A stretch of DNA of 64,000 bases, taken from the human T2T-CHM13v2.0 reference genome, Homo sapiens. Under the pieces are notes generated by a model. The model was not told where the DNA came from. It made no database searches and saw only the letters and a program-made list of their open reading frames with translations. Position numbers and translations under genes: made by a program. The number at the start of each line of letters is the position of its first letter. Position 1 is the first letter of the stretch. Shown in pieces: positions 1-13,104 of the stretch. Location of the stretch: the NCBI RefSeq assembly GCF_009914755.1, contig NC_060926.1. One strand, written 5' to 3'.

Positions 1-372
1 TTTGATTGTAGGTCATAGACCCCCATTCCAGAGACAGTCCTGCCCCATACCCAGAAGAAAGGAATGTTTCACAGGCAGGCCAAGAGTCTGGACAGACAGG
101 CCTTGCTGCGTTTCCCCACTCAGTCTATTAGCATTATCTCATACTCTTTTTGTCCAATTATATTTCTATATGACTGTCCATAATTTGTTGAAACTAAGCA
201 TAAAAATGAACAATTTCCTGTGTATTTGGGTCTTTATTCTGAAGGCTTCCATGTCATTTAAAACTATGATTAAATAAATTTATATACCTTTTCTCCTATT
301 AATCTGCCTCTTCAGTGATTTTCAGTGAACCTTCATTGGGTGTGAAGGGGACATTTTTCCTTGGCCCCTACA
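1..372 (+). mobile_element. ERV1-class LTR 3' part (MER39/MER4-group-like), cut by window start
   Basis: AATAAA at ~273 and terminal 'ttcagtgaaccttc...aagggg...ttcc ttggcccctaca', ending in CA as in MER39-type LTRs. Confidence 0.7.
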
Positions 373-504
373 ACAGCCTTGCACAACAAATAATTATCTG
401 GTCCAAAATGTCAATGGTGTTGTGGATGAGAAATTGTGATCTAGACATCACATATGATCACTTCTTCCATATGCTGATGTTCCTGCAGACAAATTCTGAT
501 CTGA

Positions 505-577
505 TGTGGAAAGGTGTAATACAAGGGTGTGAATACCAGGAGGCAGGATCATTGGCAGCCATCACTGGCTACCACCA
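505..577 (-). mobile_element. MaLR LTR fragment (MLT1F-like 5' end)
   Basis: Reverse complement reads gtggtagcc...tggctgccaatgatcctgcctcctggtattcacacccttg, matching the MLT1F start. Confidence 0.55.
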
Positions 578-589
578 CTCTCCAGTGGT

Positions 590-1116
590 TTCATCTTGCA
601 ATTGGAATAGAAAGCAAACTCCTTGCCATGGTCTTCAGGTCCTACCTGATTTAGCCTCAGCCTCCTCCTACCTCATGTCCCACCATGTTCCTCTTCTTCC
701 ACTAGGCTCTAGCCATGCTGGCTTTATGTCTCCTGAACACACGAACTTGACCCTGTTTCAGGTCTTTGTCCCTATTTTGAATTATCTCCCCTGATCTTTG
801 GGGGATACTTGTTTCTCATGGTCCAGGTCTAGCTAACATTACCTCCTCAGAGCTCTGCCCTCACCTTCAAAGCTAAAGTTGAGACACTTTCCTTAACTGA
901 CACCAGTTACTCTCTATCCCATAGTCTTATTTTATTGTTTATACTTTTCACTATGTGAAGTTACTTATGGATGTGTTTACACATATCTTCCCAGTAGAAT
1001 GAAAACTTCATGAGGGCATCTCTGAATTTCAGGTTCATCTCTGTATTTCCAGAGCCTAGGGTAGTGCTTAGAACACAGCAGATGATCAATAAATATTTGT
1101 TGAATGAATGAATGAG
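590..1116 (+). mobile_element. L2 LINE 3' end
   Basis: Ends in tcaataaatatttgttgaatgaatgaatga, the canonical L2 tail. Confidence 0.75.
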
Positions 1117-2867
1117 TGTGTTCTCATTTTTAAAGTGCTCCATATAAGCATCTGGTGGATTGTGTACATGAATTTCTTAAATATATGGGAAAAGGGAGAG
1201 ACAAGGTGTAAAGAAGTAACATCCTTTTGAAGTAAGCTTCTTTACAGCAATGTCAGAGGAGACTTCTGCATATGCTTTGAGTTGTTTATCCTGTTATCTC
1301 TGATAAACTTACTACTTCAAATCCCCTTCTTTTTCCTTCCTGTACCCATCCTCCCTTGTGGCCTTGGCATGTACTTGCAGGAAAGTTAAAAGGCATCATC
1401 TTTGAACATGGAATAGGACAAGGGAATTGATCACCTGACCTGGCCTCATTAATCTAGTACTACAGCCTTTGTCACTAACTCACCAAGGAGTCCCTGAAAT
1501 CAAGTCCAGCTACATTAACCACGTTAGGATTTTTTGACTAAAGAGCTATTTTTACACAGTAGCAGAATGTACTGCAAACAAAGAATCAATCTTTTATTGG
1601 AATAATTAAAAGCCAGGCTCACTGCATCATACTGCAATGTTAGTAGAGTCAAATCTGCAGAGTTCTGCCCGTCCCTTGGGTGTTCTGAATTTATAGACAC
1701 TCTTTATCCTGAGTTTACTTTGGGACTTGGCTGTCTCTGGAGCAGTGATTCATGTAACTCCAGTATAAGAATCACCTTTAGACAGATCCTAGCTGAATTC
1801 CAAAGCCCCCAAATCTTTACACAATCTGACAGTCCCTGACACCTCCAAGAAGAGGAAGATGTCTGCTCAGAATAAGTTGTCTCTTATGACAGGAGTTGCT
1901 AAGCACAGTAAAGAAAGAAACAATCCCCTCAGTGAACGGGGGTAGGTTGCTTTCTGGGCAGAGACTGTTGGTCAACCTTGTCTCACATTATTCCAGTTAG
2001 GCCCAAATCATTCCTCTGGCTGTTTCATACTTCAAGATTTCAATTAGAAGGTAGAGCAAATGCTGGTGGAATTTCCATTTATTGGATGAAAACTAGAACT
2101 GGACTCTGTGAGCAGACTTGAGAGAGATCATTACTAGCATTTGGAACCAAAGTCTAAAAATTCTTAGTTGCTGGGCATCAGTGTGTCACTGAGATGACAC
2201 CCCCCCTCCCCCAATGGTGTGCTGGGAAGCAAACTAGCTCTGCTTGAAATAACATAATTATAGCAATTGGCAAAAAGTAGAGGACAACAGGAATGAGATT
2301 CAAGAATTCAAGCACATCAGCCAGACAGAAAGGCAGAAAATCTCAATCTAGACATCCTGGGGGAATATGAGGTGATGAGGTCTGAGGTGCACACAAGCAG
2401 TTGTGCTATAAATGGCAGCTGCCTCAGGCAGAAATTTTTATTATAGGACTAAAAGAGAGATTCAGTGGCACATTCTTGTAGGTGAATGAGTCAGTGCAAG
2501 TTTCCTTCCAGATTCCTGGGTCATAGGCTCCAGAGAGGCTTTGAAAATGGGAAGGCACTAAATCAGGATATAAATTCCTCCAGTTTGAGAGGAAGGTGAT
2601 ATGAAAGTAGGGATCTGCCTTGGGTGTTCTTATCTCTGCTACTAACTAGGAGCTGTTTCTGCTACTAACTAGTGGTGTTGACAAATCAATTAACCTTTCA
2701 TGATCTGTTGAGACCTTCAAGTATCTCTAATAGAAAAGTCTCAGGGCCTGGAATTCTGAGGGTCTCCCCTGGCAGAACTGTAAATACTCTCCTTGTTTTG
2801 CTATCCTATGGGCATTACCTGTTAGGAACTACTGATGGCAAATGAGAAACAACAAAAAATGTTGATA

Positions 2868-2999
2868 GAAGACTACACACTGGGTACATTGTGTACATTG
2901 TTTGGGTGCACCAAAATCTTGGAAATCACCACTAAATAACTTTTCCATGCAACAAAATACTACCTGTTACCCTGAAATTATTGAAATAAAAATAAAAAG
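2868..2999 (+). mobile_element. L1PB-type 3' end, severely 5'-truncated
   Basis: aagactacacactgggtac...caccaaaatc...aaatcaccactaaa...attgaaataaaa; same motif as the L1PB 3' end at 53217-53345. Confidence 0.8.
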
Positions 3000-3620
3000 T
3001 TTGATGTGATGCACCAGTAAAACAGCCACCGCTAACATACTAAAAACCCACCAGATTCGTTTACATAATAATCCCTGTTGCCTTCCATTTTCTCTTCTGT
3101 GAATTGAGAGGACAGAAAGAGAAGTTTTATGGACTCTCACAGATATAATTTATGAACATGTCCCAAATGAAGTGAAAAATAAAATCATTGAAGTGAGGAT
3201 TTTTGTCTGTCTCATTTATTCAAAAACGTTTATTGAGCCCCAACTCTGAGCCAGGGGCTATATTGAGATCTAGGAATTTAGAGTTAAACATACATGGCGT
3301 CTTCTCTCACTTAAAAAGATATTCAGGCCAACAACCCCTTATATATAGTATGGTGATTGCTGTAGGGAAAACAGCACAGTGGAATGCACTTTGTCCTAAA
3401 ACAGAGGTTTGAATGAGGGATCTGGTTTATTTCGTTGCTGAAAGAGTTTGCTACCAGACTCAACCCTGACATTAAAAAAAAAAAAAAAAACAAAAAAAAA
3501 ACCGAAGCTGTTAAATGCTAACATCATAGCACACCTATCCTGTTCCAGGGAGTGGAAAGGATGAGCTGGGTAGAAGTCATAAGGTGAGAAGTGTTCCTAA
3601 ACAAAGGTGAATGCTTCTCT

Positions 3621-3917
<297 letters not shown>

Positions 3918-4224
3918 AGGTGAGTGCTTTTCATCGGCCTGAGAAAGGAGGCCCTGTCCTTAGCATGCAGTGGAGAGGTGCGGAACAGGAAGCTGCCAGT
4001 GTTCCATCTTCTTAATTAGGCTGCATGATTATTTGTGAACTCTTAGATGCCAATGCAAATTCGTGGGTCCAAATCTTTCCCAAAGCCAAACATAAATGAT
4101 TCTTCATTTACCACCATTCTGGTGCCAACATATCTGCCCCTGCCCTCTGTCTGGGCATGCAAACTAGAATTGAGCATTCTGAAATACCTAGTAAATACCT
4201 GTAAAGCCCCAAAGGTAGATTTGA

Positions 4225-4609
<385 letters not shown>

Positions 4610-5699
4610 TAATATTCCAGGACTTTTGCATCTGAATAAAACACTTTTGCTTTTCTCCTCTTATCTGGAGCTCAGCAAGCCTGATTTGCTTTGTTCTGTT
4701 GCTGGTGTCACCACAGTGAATTATGGCACTGCTATGAATTTTTTGCTGAAGAGTAACTCCCATCCTTTCAGATTCATTTGTGTATTTCCTCTCATCTGAC
4801 GATAATGACAGGAGTCAGTCACATAGGCCTGAGCCAGTGAAGGAAGCTGATGAACACCACTGATGCAACCTGCAGGCTAATACTGATTAAAAATGCCATT
4901 AACAATACTTCTGGCAAAGCAAATTTTAATAACAGGAATTCAGTTAACTTTCTCTCTGTGTTAATGGAGGGGGCAGTGGTGCAAATAATCCAAATGTCAG
5001 TTGTATTTAATTTTTCTCTGCTTGCCCTGTGCTCAAGGCACATGGGGTGGTGCAGGATCCCACAGGTGGCTCAGAAGCCTGAAGATTTACACAGCAAAGG
5101 CCAGTGTGACGTCCCTGAATGAGGTTGAGAATTCTCTTCTTTTGAAGGTGGAGCTGTTTCAGTTCTCTGTGTGTTTTTAGTATAGCTCAGCATACATTCA
5201 ACAAGAAGCTCCTGTGTGCCAGGTACTGCATTAGGTACTGAGGATTCAGGAATGATTATGGGACTATGAGTGTAATGTGTGTGACAATGACTGAATGGAG
5301 TTGGGGACAACCACGCACCATCAAAGTACCAGTGTAGTTCATTCCTGGGGTTAAACAATAGGGTCAATAGCTGTCAAATGCCCCCTATGCTCAGCTGGGC
5401 ATTCCCTCAGGAGGTGGGAAGGCTTCTTAGGACTTTTTCCCTGGAGTTTTTGGGTTTCTGAATTTTTCTCCTACCTCTGTAGTTACTCTTTTTTTATTCT
5501 TTTCCCAAGAATATTTTTCTCTACCTTGCCATTAAATGTAGAGTTCCTTAGTCCTGGGCTTTCTCCGTTTTTGTTTGTTTGTTTGTCTTGTTTTGTTTTG
5601 TTGCCTCTGGTTAGTTTCAGAGTAAAAAAAAAAAACCATTTTACTCAATTAACATTTTCTTGATGGTAACTCATACATGTCATACATGTGCATCTTTAA

Positions 5700-6075
5700 C
5701 CAAGACTTGTCCTCTACCTGCAGCTTATTAGACAACATATTGTGCACATTGCTGAGGTCGCTCATACTCAGCATGTCCAAACTCTAATTCATAATCTTCC
5801 TCCCCAGGAGTGGTCCCTACCAGGACTTCTTTTCTCATTGAGTGGCATCATCATTTATCTATCTAGGAATGTGCTGTCAACCTAGACACCTCCCACACCC
5901 CAACTCTCAGCCTAATCTATCACCAAGTCCTGTCGGTTTTACCTCATAAATGTTTCTGGGACTCACCCAGTTATCTCCATCACTGATATCACTATCAATG
6001 TCCAAGTTAACTTCCCCTCTTGCCTAAATGAACAAATTTACCCACATCTACTTTGGGTCCTGTCACATCCTTTCT
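5700..6075 (+). mobile_element. L2 fragment
   Basis: actcagcatgtccaaactc...atcaccaagtcctgtcggttttacctc, typical L2 internal 3' sequence. Confidence 0.6.
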
Positions 6076-6082
6076 TCGGAGT

Positions 6083-6428
6083 TGTATTAGTCTGTTTTCA
6101 TGTTGTTAATAAAGACATACCTAAGACTGGACAATTTACAAAATAAAAAGGTTTTTTGGACTTACAGTTCCATGTGGCTGGGGCGGCCTCACAATCATGG
6201 CAGAAGGTGAAAGGCATGTCTCACATGGCAGCAGCAAGAGAGAGAATGAGAGCCAAGAGAAACAGGTTTCCCCTTATCAAACCATCAACTCTCTAGAGAC
6301 TTATTCACTACCATGAGAACAGTATGGGGGAACCGCCCCCATGACTGTTATCTCCCACAACATGTGTGAATTATGGGAGTACAATTCAAGATGAGATTTG
6401 AGTGGGGACACAGAGCCAAACCATATAA
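6083..6428 (-). mobile_element. THE1 solo LTR (MaLR)
   Basis: tgtattagtc...gacacagagccaaaccatat; 5-bp TSD ggagt/agagt. Confidence 0.92.
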
Positions 6429-6469
6429 AGAGTGTAGCCAGGGTGATTATCTCAAAATACAAATCTGAA

Positions 6470-6695
6470 AGAAAATGTCTTTATCAGTTGGATATGCATA
6501 CTGAAACATTTCTAGATGAAATAGTGTGATGTTTTGAATTTACTTTAAAATATTCCAGATAATGGGCAGAAGAAATATCAAACAAGATAGGCAAATACTG
6601 ATTACCATTGAAGCTGAGTGATGAGTACAAAGGGGGTTAACATCACTATTCTCTCTCCTTTGTGTGTTTGAAATTTTCTATAATAAAAAGTCAAC
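6470..6695 (+). mobile_element. Old L1 (L1ME-type) 3' end
   Basis: gaagctgagtgatgagtac...tgtgtgtttgaaattttctataataaaaag. Confidence 0.65.
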
Positions 6696-6699
6696 ACAT

Positions 6700-7173
6700 G
6701 CACACACATAAATGTAGACATGCTACCTCTTTGCTCAAAACACTCACTGGCTTCCTATTGCTCATAGTATGATGATAAAATTTCTCAAAGAGAACTCAAG
6801 TTACTGTGCAGTCTGATGTCTGCTGATCTTCCCAGACCCCTCTTGTACCACGTTCTCTCTCTCCCTCAGCCCTCCAGTTCCACCTCCCAGGTGTTATACC
6901 CTTATGCATGCTACATTCTCCCAGCTGTAAGCTGAGCACCCTCTCCCCTTCCCTGACTAGGTCAAATCCTTCTAATATAGACACTCAAAATACTGAATAC
7001 CTACCTCCCTTTCATAGTATATGACACCACTGCAGTTTTTGTGTGATTCTGTAAGCCATTCAATCAATGTCTGGTTATTCCACTAGATCATAAAACCATT
7101 TTATCCCCAAGCATAGTGCATAGCACATGTTATCATGATCAATAATTATTTATTGGCTGAATGAATGAATGAG
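6700..7173 (+). mobile_element. L2 3' end
   Basis: Ends tgaatgaatgaatga; continues the L2 interrupted by THE1 and L1ME. Confidence 0.6.
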
Positions 7174-8091
7174 AAGGAATGGAGAGTACTTAGAAGTGGC
7201 AATCACTTTGTCCCTTGACCATAGAAGCTCCAAAATCTATTGGAAATGAATTAAGGTGGGCCCACTGGGAGCACTGATTTGTTCATCCGCAATGCCTATG
7301 GGGCTATGAGGTGCTGTCTCTTGGCTCTGCCTCATGTTCCTTGAGACAGTAAATAGCAGAGCAGTCTGATGCCCATGATCAGAATATTCTCCTTTCCAGC
7401 CTCAGGACTCAGGGGCTCTTTGACTATTGTAACTAAGTCTCCTTTTTGCCAATTGGTCCTGGGACTCAGTGCTTCTAGGGATGACCCTTTTCCCATCATC
7501 TGATGGGCTAGGCCTGGGCTTTATCCTTGGTCTTTTTCATGATCTGTATCTCTGAGTTCTGATCAGTTATTCTGCCTAATTCTCTGTGTTTCTCTAGGAT
7601 AAGCCTGACCCAAACTCCCTCCTGGTGGAGCCTGCTCTACCCATTTCAGCCCTCCTATCTAGGTGCCTCACCTACCACCCTAGCTTAGTGGCAGAGACCT
7701 CTGTGAGTGGACAGATTGTCTGGCTGACAATCACCTGCCAGCCAGTCTGCTGAGTATTGCCTGCCACCTGGATTCATCACTACTGTCCCCCACTTCTTGG
7801 GTCTTCAGGGACAGTTTATGAAGGTATGTCTGAGGCTATGTTATTTCTTCTAGCCCTCTGTCTCAGGCAATACTAATACTCCCAAGCCTCTAAGCTGCCA
7901 ACATTCTGCCTAGAGAACTCCTCTGCTAGAGGCAGCTTCATAGCCTGACAGGTCCCCTAGGGCATGGCCTTTGGTGGTGAGAAGGCCCTGAATCAGCTTA
8001 TTGTCACCTCATATCTGTTGTATAAGTCACTAGTTAACATCATTAGGATAAGATTGAAAGAACTCAGGATCAGCAGTCAGGAGATAGCTCC

Positions 8092-8243
8092 AGGAAGGAA
8101 GGAAGGGAGGAAGGGAGGAGGAGAGGAAGGAAGGGAGGGAGGGAGGGATGGATTATCTGGTCTAAAATGTCAAGAAGCCAACAACTATTTTGTGTGTCTT
8201 CTACAAACCCAGAACTATGCAAGGAAGGAAGGAAGGGAGGGGG
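8092..8243. repeat. GGAA/GGGA-rich simple repeat interrupted by a ~70-bp insert
   Basis: aggaaggaaggaagggagg on both sides of 8151-8220. Confidence 0.85.
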
Positions 8244-9159
8244 CTTTCCGCTATAGTCATGTCTCCCAAACATTTATACCAATAAAAATGGTGGACAATT
8301 GTATTTGGAGAATACTTAGACTAAACAGACTTCAACAGCTTTCATTTTAGCAGAACTTCTTAGAGTCTTTAATGGCTAATATGCACTGTGACTCTCCATG
8401 AAACATGTATAGAATAAAGAGTTAGCCACACTTACATGAATGCTTATGGAAGTCAGTTAGGGAAATACTGGACAAGATTATTTCTCATTCTAAAAGTGTA
8501 GTCTCACAATTTAAAATGTTGGCTTTTTTATCCATATGTTGAAGTGTGATAGCTAAGTAAAATATGGTCTGAGTCTTTGAAAGGAGGCTGTTAAACTGGT
8601 TTAGGTCAGGACTTCTGAGCACACCACGTAGAAGGAGAACATCCACTTTCCATCTGGTACTTTCCCAATCAAAAAGTGCCAGTATGCACCATGGAAGATC
8701 ATTAACCTGAGAAGACAAAGTCACTCATTTCAGAAGGGGAGAGGCATGAAGTCTTAGTTGCCCAGATCAGGATCTGTTTTAGAGGATGGCAACCTAACCC
8801 AAAGCCAGCTCGTCAGCAGGTCTTCTCCAACCTGTGCATGTTGGGTTCTTGTGTTTAGGGGACATGAACTCTAAGATTCCACAACATGGTAAGTAGTTCT
8901 ACCTCATATTACTCTCTTATGCCAGATCATAAGCTTGATCTTTCAAGCCAAAGTCAAGACATTTCAATAGAAAAATCTAGTATTTAAGTAAAGCTGAGGG
9001 TCTATCCTGGTTACTCTGGTGTCAAAAGACGAGTTTTATAAACATGGGCTATTTCACCTGCTACAACTTTGCAAGGTCTGCTCCTTGGTCAAGGTCCACA
9101 AAAAGGGTGGATTTCACCTGCTTCCCAGACCTCACAACCTCTCCCTGAGTTCTCTCCTA

Positions 9160-9239
9160 TGAGGCTGGTGCAAAAGTAATTGTGGTTTTTGCCATTGAAA
9201 GTAATGACAAAATCCGCAATTACTTTTGTACCAACCTAA
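9160..9239. mobile_element. MADE1 (Hsmar1-derived MITE, 80 bp)
   Basis: TIRs t(g)aggctggtgcaaaagtaattg...caattacttttgtaccaacctaa; upstream TA; length 80 bp. Confidence 0.95.
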
Positions 9240-10784
9240 TGCCAGATTTCTTTAGCTCTTTGTCTCGGCTTTCATGTAGACTCTCTACTTCTGTTATCCA
9301 GTTTAGCAACTCACATCTCCCAACTCTTCGTCCTATCTTCAGAGCTCCCTGATTTCTATTTTCTTGTCCAGCATGCTTGCTGCTAAATCCTTTTTAAAAA
9401 CTCCCCCACTTGGCAGCCCTCTTAACCCACTCCCTTCTGTGGAAGGCAGTCCTTCCCTCCCCACTATGGATTTTTGCCAGTCTTTTTGTACACTCTCCAA
9501 ATCCCCAAGTTGGTCACGGAGTTCCATCTGGTAAAACTCTTGGAAGCTATATCTGGCAATTTTTTTTATTCCTAAATAAAAAGATGGGGAGAAATAACAA
9601 CACATATTAATGGACCATGACAAACACAGGCTACTTCCTAACAACCCGTGGTATTTGTCTTTATTTTTAGAATGTCCTCCTGCTGCTTTTACTATCACTC
9701 TCTATTTGTTCTTGACAAGGTTCATAGAACAGGAGTGAAAGGAAGGAGGCAGGAGGGAGTATAGAGAAACAGTTCATTAAAAAAAAAAGAATAATGAGGA
9801 AAAAAAAAGACAGGCTGCTACTACCACAACTCCAGCTGATAGGAGCCTAGTGATGCTCTGGTTTCTCTGGTTAATGTTAGGCAGCACCTGTTGTGACCTT
9901 GATTCTTCGTGTCTTTGTCTGCTGGTCTGCTGAGTCCTAAATGGGATACACCATTGTCCTTTGATCATCAGTGACTTCTTGAACTGAGAAGTGACACACA
10001 AATCCTGGTGTGGTTGGAACAAAGGGGAAAGAAGGCAGGATTGCTCAATGTTGAGGTGTTATAAGGAAGGGTTTTTGTTTTCTTTTCTCTTCCTCTCAAT
10101 AATGAAAATGATGGAGGCTTTTTGGATGTCTTTGGGAAGATCAAAGTGTCAGAAATGGGATTGTCCTTCTGAACACAGGAGACGTTGCTTTTCTGGAAGT
10201 CTTTTCCTAATTAATTCATCACTAGCACCCTGGGCTTCTAGCTCTTCAACAAGAAGCTAACAACTATTTTGTAGTGTCTGCTACAAACCCAGAACTATGC
10301 TAGGAACTATTGTCAATCAGCAGTCCTAGTAGTCATCTGGTTGTGAATACAAAACATACATAAAAGAAAATATTAGAGAACAGTATCACATGGTATGAAT
10401 GGCAAAACTTTGTCCTCTTATGTAGAATCACGTTAGAATACAAGGTTAAAGGGTTGACTAAATTTCCCCTTCTGTCTTACCTCTTCCCTCAACATGACTC
10501 TCAAACCACATCCCACTCCCTGCAGGCCACCACCACTGACACTCACACGTTTGCCACCCAGTGACGTAAACACCAACTTACCACTCCATTCAAGTCAACT
10601 CTCTGATGCCTTTAGACTCCAGTCTCTTGGAACTGACCACTTACACCTCTGTGTCCTGCTCTACTTGGTGCAAGTAGTTTTTTTAAGAGACCTATGGCCC
10701 TTTGTTGTACATATTGATATGGGGGTGTGTTTTCCTACAGTAGATTGCCAGGATCTGGACAGAGGTCTTTCTTTCCCACCATGA

Positions 10785-10962
10785 ATCCTGGAGCTGATCT
10801 AGTTGACCTTAGGCAAGCAATATAACCTCTCTGGATTCCAGATACCACATATATTAACTGAGAGTTAATACTGTCCTCACTGCATTAAGTTGTTGTTGAG
10901 GTTTCAATTAGATAATAAAGATAATGCATGTAGCCTAGTGCCTCACATATAGTAGTGCTCAA
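10785..10962 (+). mobile_element. MIR SINE
   Basis: gaccttaggcaag...aacctctctg...gttgttgtgag-like core, and cacatatagtagtgctcaa tail. Confidence 0.75.
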
Positions 10963-12309
10963 GAAGGGATAAATGAAACCCAAAAGAGAACATCTGTATT
11001 CTCAATGCTGGTGCAAACTGGGCTTATTCACAAAGCTTCTTATTAATATCCAGTGAATGACTGAAGCAAATGCTTTATCCAAGGGAGTTTTCCTGAAGAT
11101 GAACAATTTCTAAATTGTTCTCAAGCTGGAGATAAATCAAGATATCTAATTTTTAAAAATTAAACATAAATCATACCTTTTTCTGATTCTTTCATACCTT
11201 TTTGTAATTCCTTGTAAGAAAGAAATGTAAACTCTGTTAAAGAGGGAGCACAGACCCACTGAATAAAATTTCAGAAGGAATTGCTGAGCTGGCAAAGAAA
11301 AGCACCAGTGTGGATTGATCTGAAATTTTGGGGAATGCACCACTGGGCAGAGGTTTAAAGGTGATCTGGCTCTGAGCCTATCCCTTCCTGCTTGGTGCCT
11401 TGTTCCAGCCCCTTGGGCTGTGTGTGATAGTCACAAAAGACCCCTGGACCTTATTATTTTCTAGATTTCTGACAGCACTATCAGCCGCACATAAAAGGAG
11501 GTGAGTTGGGGTCAGACGCCTACACTATACCAACAATAAATGGGCAGCAAACAGCTCTTATGGCCCATGACCAATAAACTCTGAAGTAAAAGTATGAAGG
11601 TGGGAGAGGTCAGTGGGAAAATCAAAAAGTAGGTGGAATGTGTTGGACGCTACCTTTCTGTGCCTGCCTCTTCCCTCTTGGTACTCTCCTTTCTGTTAAT
11701 TCCCAAGTCTCTCTGCCTTATAAACTCTTGGTCTGGTTCTGCCATTTCCAGCTTTCTCAGCTGAGGTCAGGAAGGTGTGGTACCTAGAGGAGTATCCCTA
11801 GGAATTTGTGGCTCCACCTCAACCAAGACAGGCAAAGAAGCTGTATTGGCCTGGACCCCAGACTTGCAGGGACCCTGACATTCTGCTTAGTCCTTGTCCT
11901 CTGGTGACATGTGCTGTATGCACTGGGCTGGCATTCTCTTCCAAGCTGTGTGGACAACTGCTTTTTTTCTGCCTCCAAGTGATCCACCACAGGAAGATTC
12001 CCATTGTTGTGTCTCACCTCATAGATCAGATCCTCATTGATGTGGGCACACGCCTTGTTCAAGTCCAAGTTTATTATTCCTCTTGGATAATGAGATCTGA
12101 ACTGCTATCTTCTCCCTACTTCCAGGACAGAGGCCCACAGTTGGGTAGCCTCCTTTATTTCATATTCTGCAGATTTTTGAATACCTTCATTTCCCACTGC
12201 TTGAAACCAAAGTCCCAGTGTGCCTTTAGTTAACCACCCATTTCCCCTTGATTTTGTGTAATCTGCTCTCCATAGAAGGGGAGTTAGAGAAAGATAGATA
12301 AACTAATTT

Positions 12310-12336
12310 GAGAGAGAGAAAGAGAAAGAGAGAGAG
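12310..12336. repeat. (GA)n-rich simple repeat
   Basis: gagagagagaaagagaaagagagagag. Confidence 0.8.
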
Positions 12337-12769
12337 GCTTCATCCAAAATGACGGTGGAATTTTATGCCCTAATGACTTGTTACTGGGAGGATTAGCAAG
12401 AGGGAGTACAGATCCTCCTGTCCTCTTTCAAGTCACCTCATATAAAGTGGCTGGCTACTCTATTGCCAACCCAAACTGACCTGATAAAAATCTATTTAGT
12501 AAATTAACATTTATAAGTGCCTTGCTCTAGGTTTGCTCCCATATCACAGGATTTTTGCTAATTTTAAATGACATTGCCCCTTCACTGGAGATTAACAAGA
12601 TACGAAGCAATCCCAATATTTTAATCAGGGAGGGGATGATTCCTGCTGAATAGCAGAAAATGTGGTTCTTCTGGAAATCCATTTTTCATTTGTTTTCTCA
12701 TTTGCACCCCTAGTTTAAAGAAAATTGACTTTTTAGAAGAGAGTGATAATTAATCTTTGAAAATACTGC

Positions 12770-12975
12770 AATTGGTTGGCTTTACTGCTGTTTTGGAATA
12801 CCAAGCACATACCCCAGTCAAGTGGAGCTCTGCCAGGGGAGGGGTTGGCATGACGGGGAGGAGCAGCAGTGTCATGCAGACACATTGGCGTTAGAGTGCC
12901 AGCCCAATTGGTGGGGAGGGGCCGAGAGGCATGAGACCAGCTCTCTACAGCCCTCTTAAGCGGTCCGGGAAAAGC
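12770..12975. promoter_or_regulatory. Candidate cis-regulatory element (GC-rich, motif cluster)
   Basis: Non-repeat; GGGGAGGGG at 12836-12844 and 12913-12921; CCAATTGG at 12904-12911; NFI-like TGGAGCTCTGCCA at 12823-12835; several CpGs. Confidence 0.3.
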
Positions 12976-13104
12976 TTGTGCTCCTTTGAGACACTTCACA
13001 GTCTTTGCAAATGGAGAAATGGCCTGCTCAATTCAAATGAACTGCAAGGGCAGACTGATGGATAGTACAGAAATGTGTTATAAAAGTTAGATTATAAAGA
13101 AATG

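Noticed and set aside
315-794. 159-aa ORF
   Set aside because: It runs across LTR, MLT1 and L2 remnants, begins at GTG, and has no recognisable domain.
2635-2672. Small direct repeats (tctgctactaactag x2; also atttcacctgct at 9051/9111 and gcagtagacta x2 at ~33338)
   Set aside because: Ordinary micro-duplications or chance matches with no further structure.
3473-3501. Orphan poly-A tract as a processed-pseudogene tail
   Set aside because: No TSD pair and no upstream mRNA-like sequence found.
8092-8243. GGAA microsatellite as an EWS-FLI1-type response element
   Set aside because: Only three consecutive GGAA units per block, which is too short and impure.
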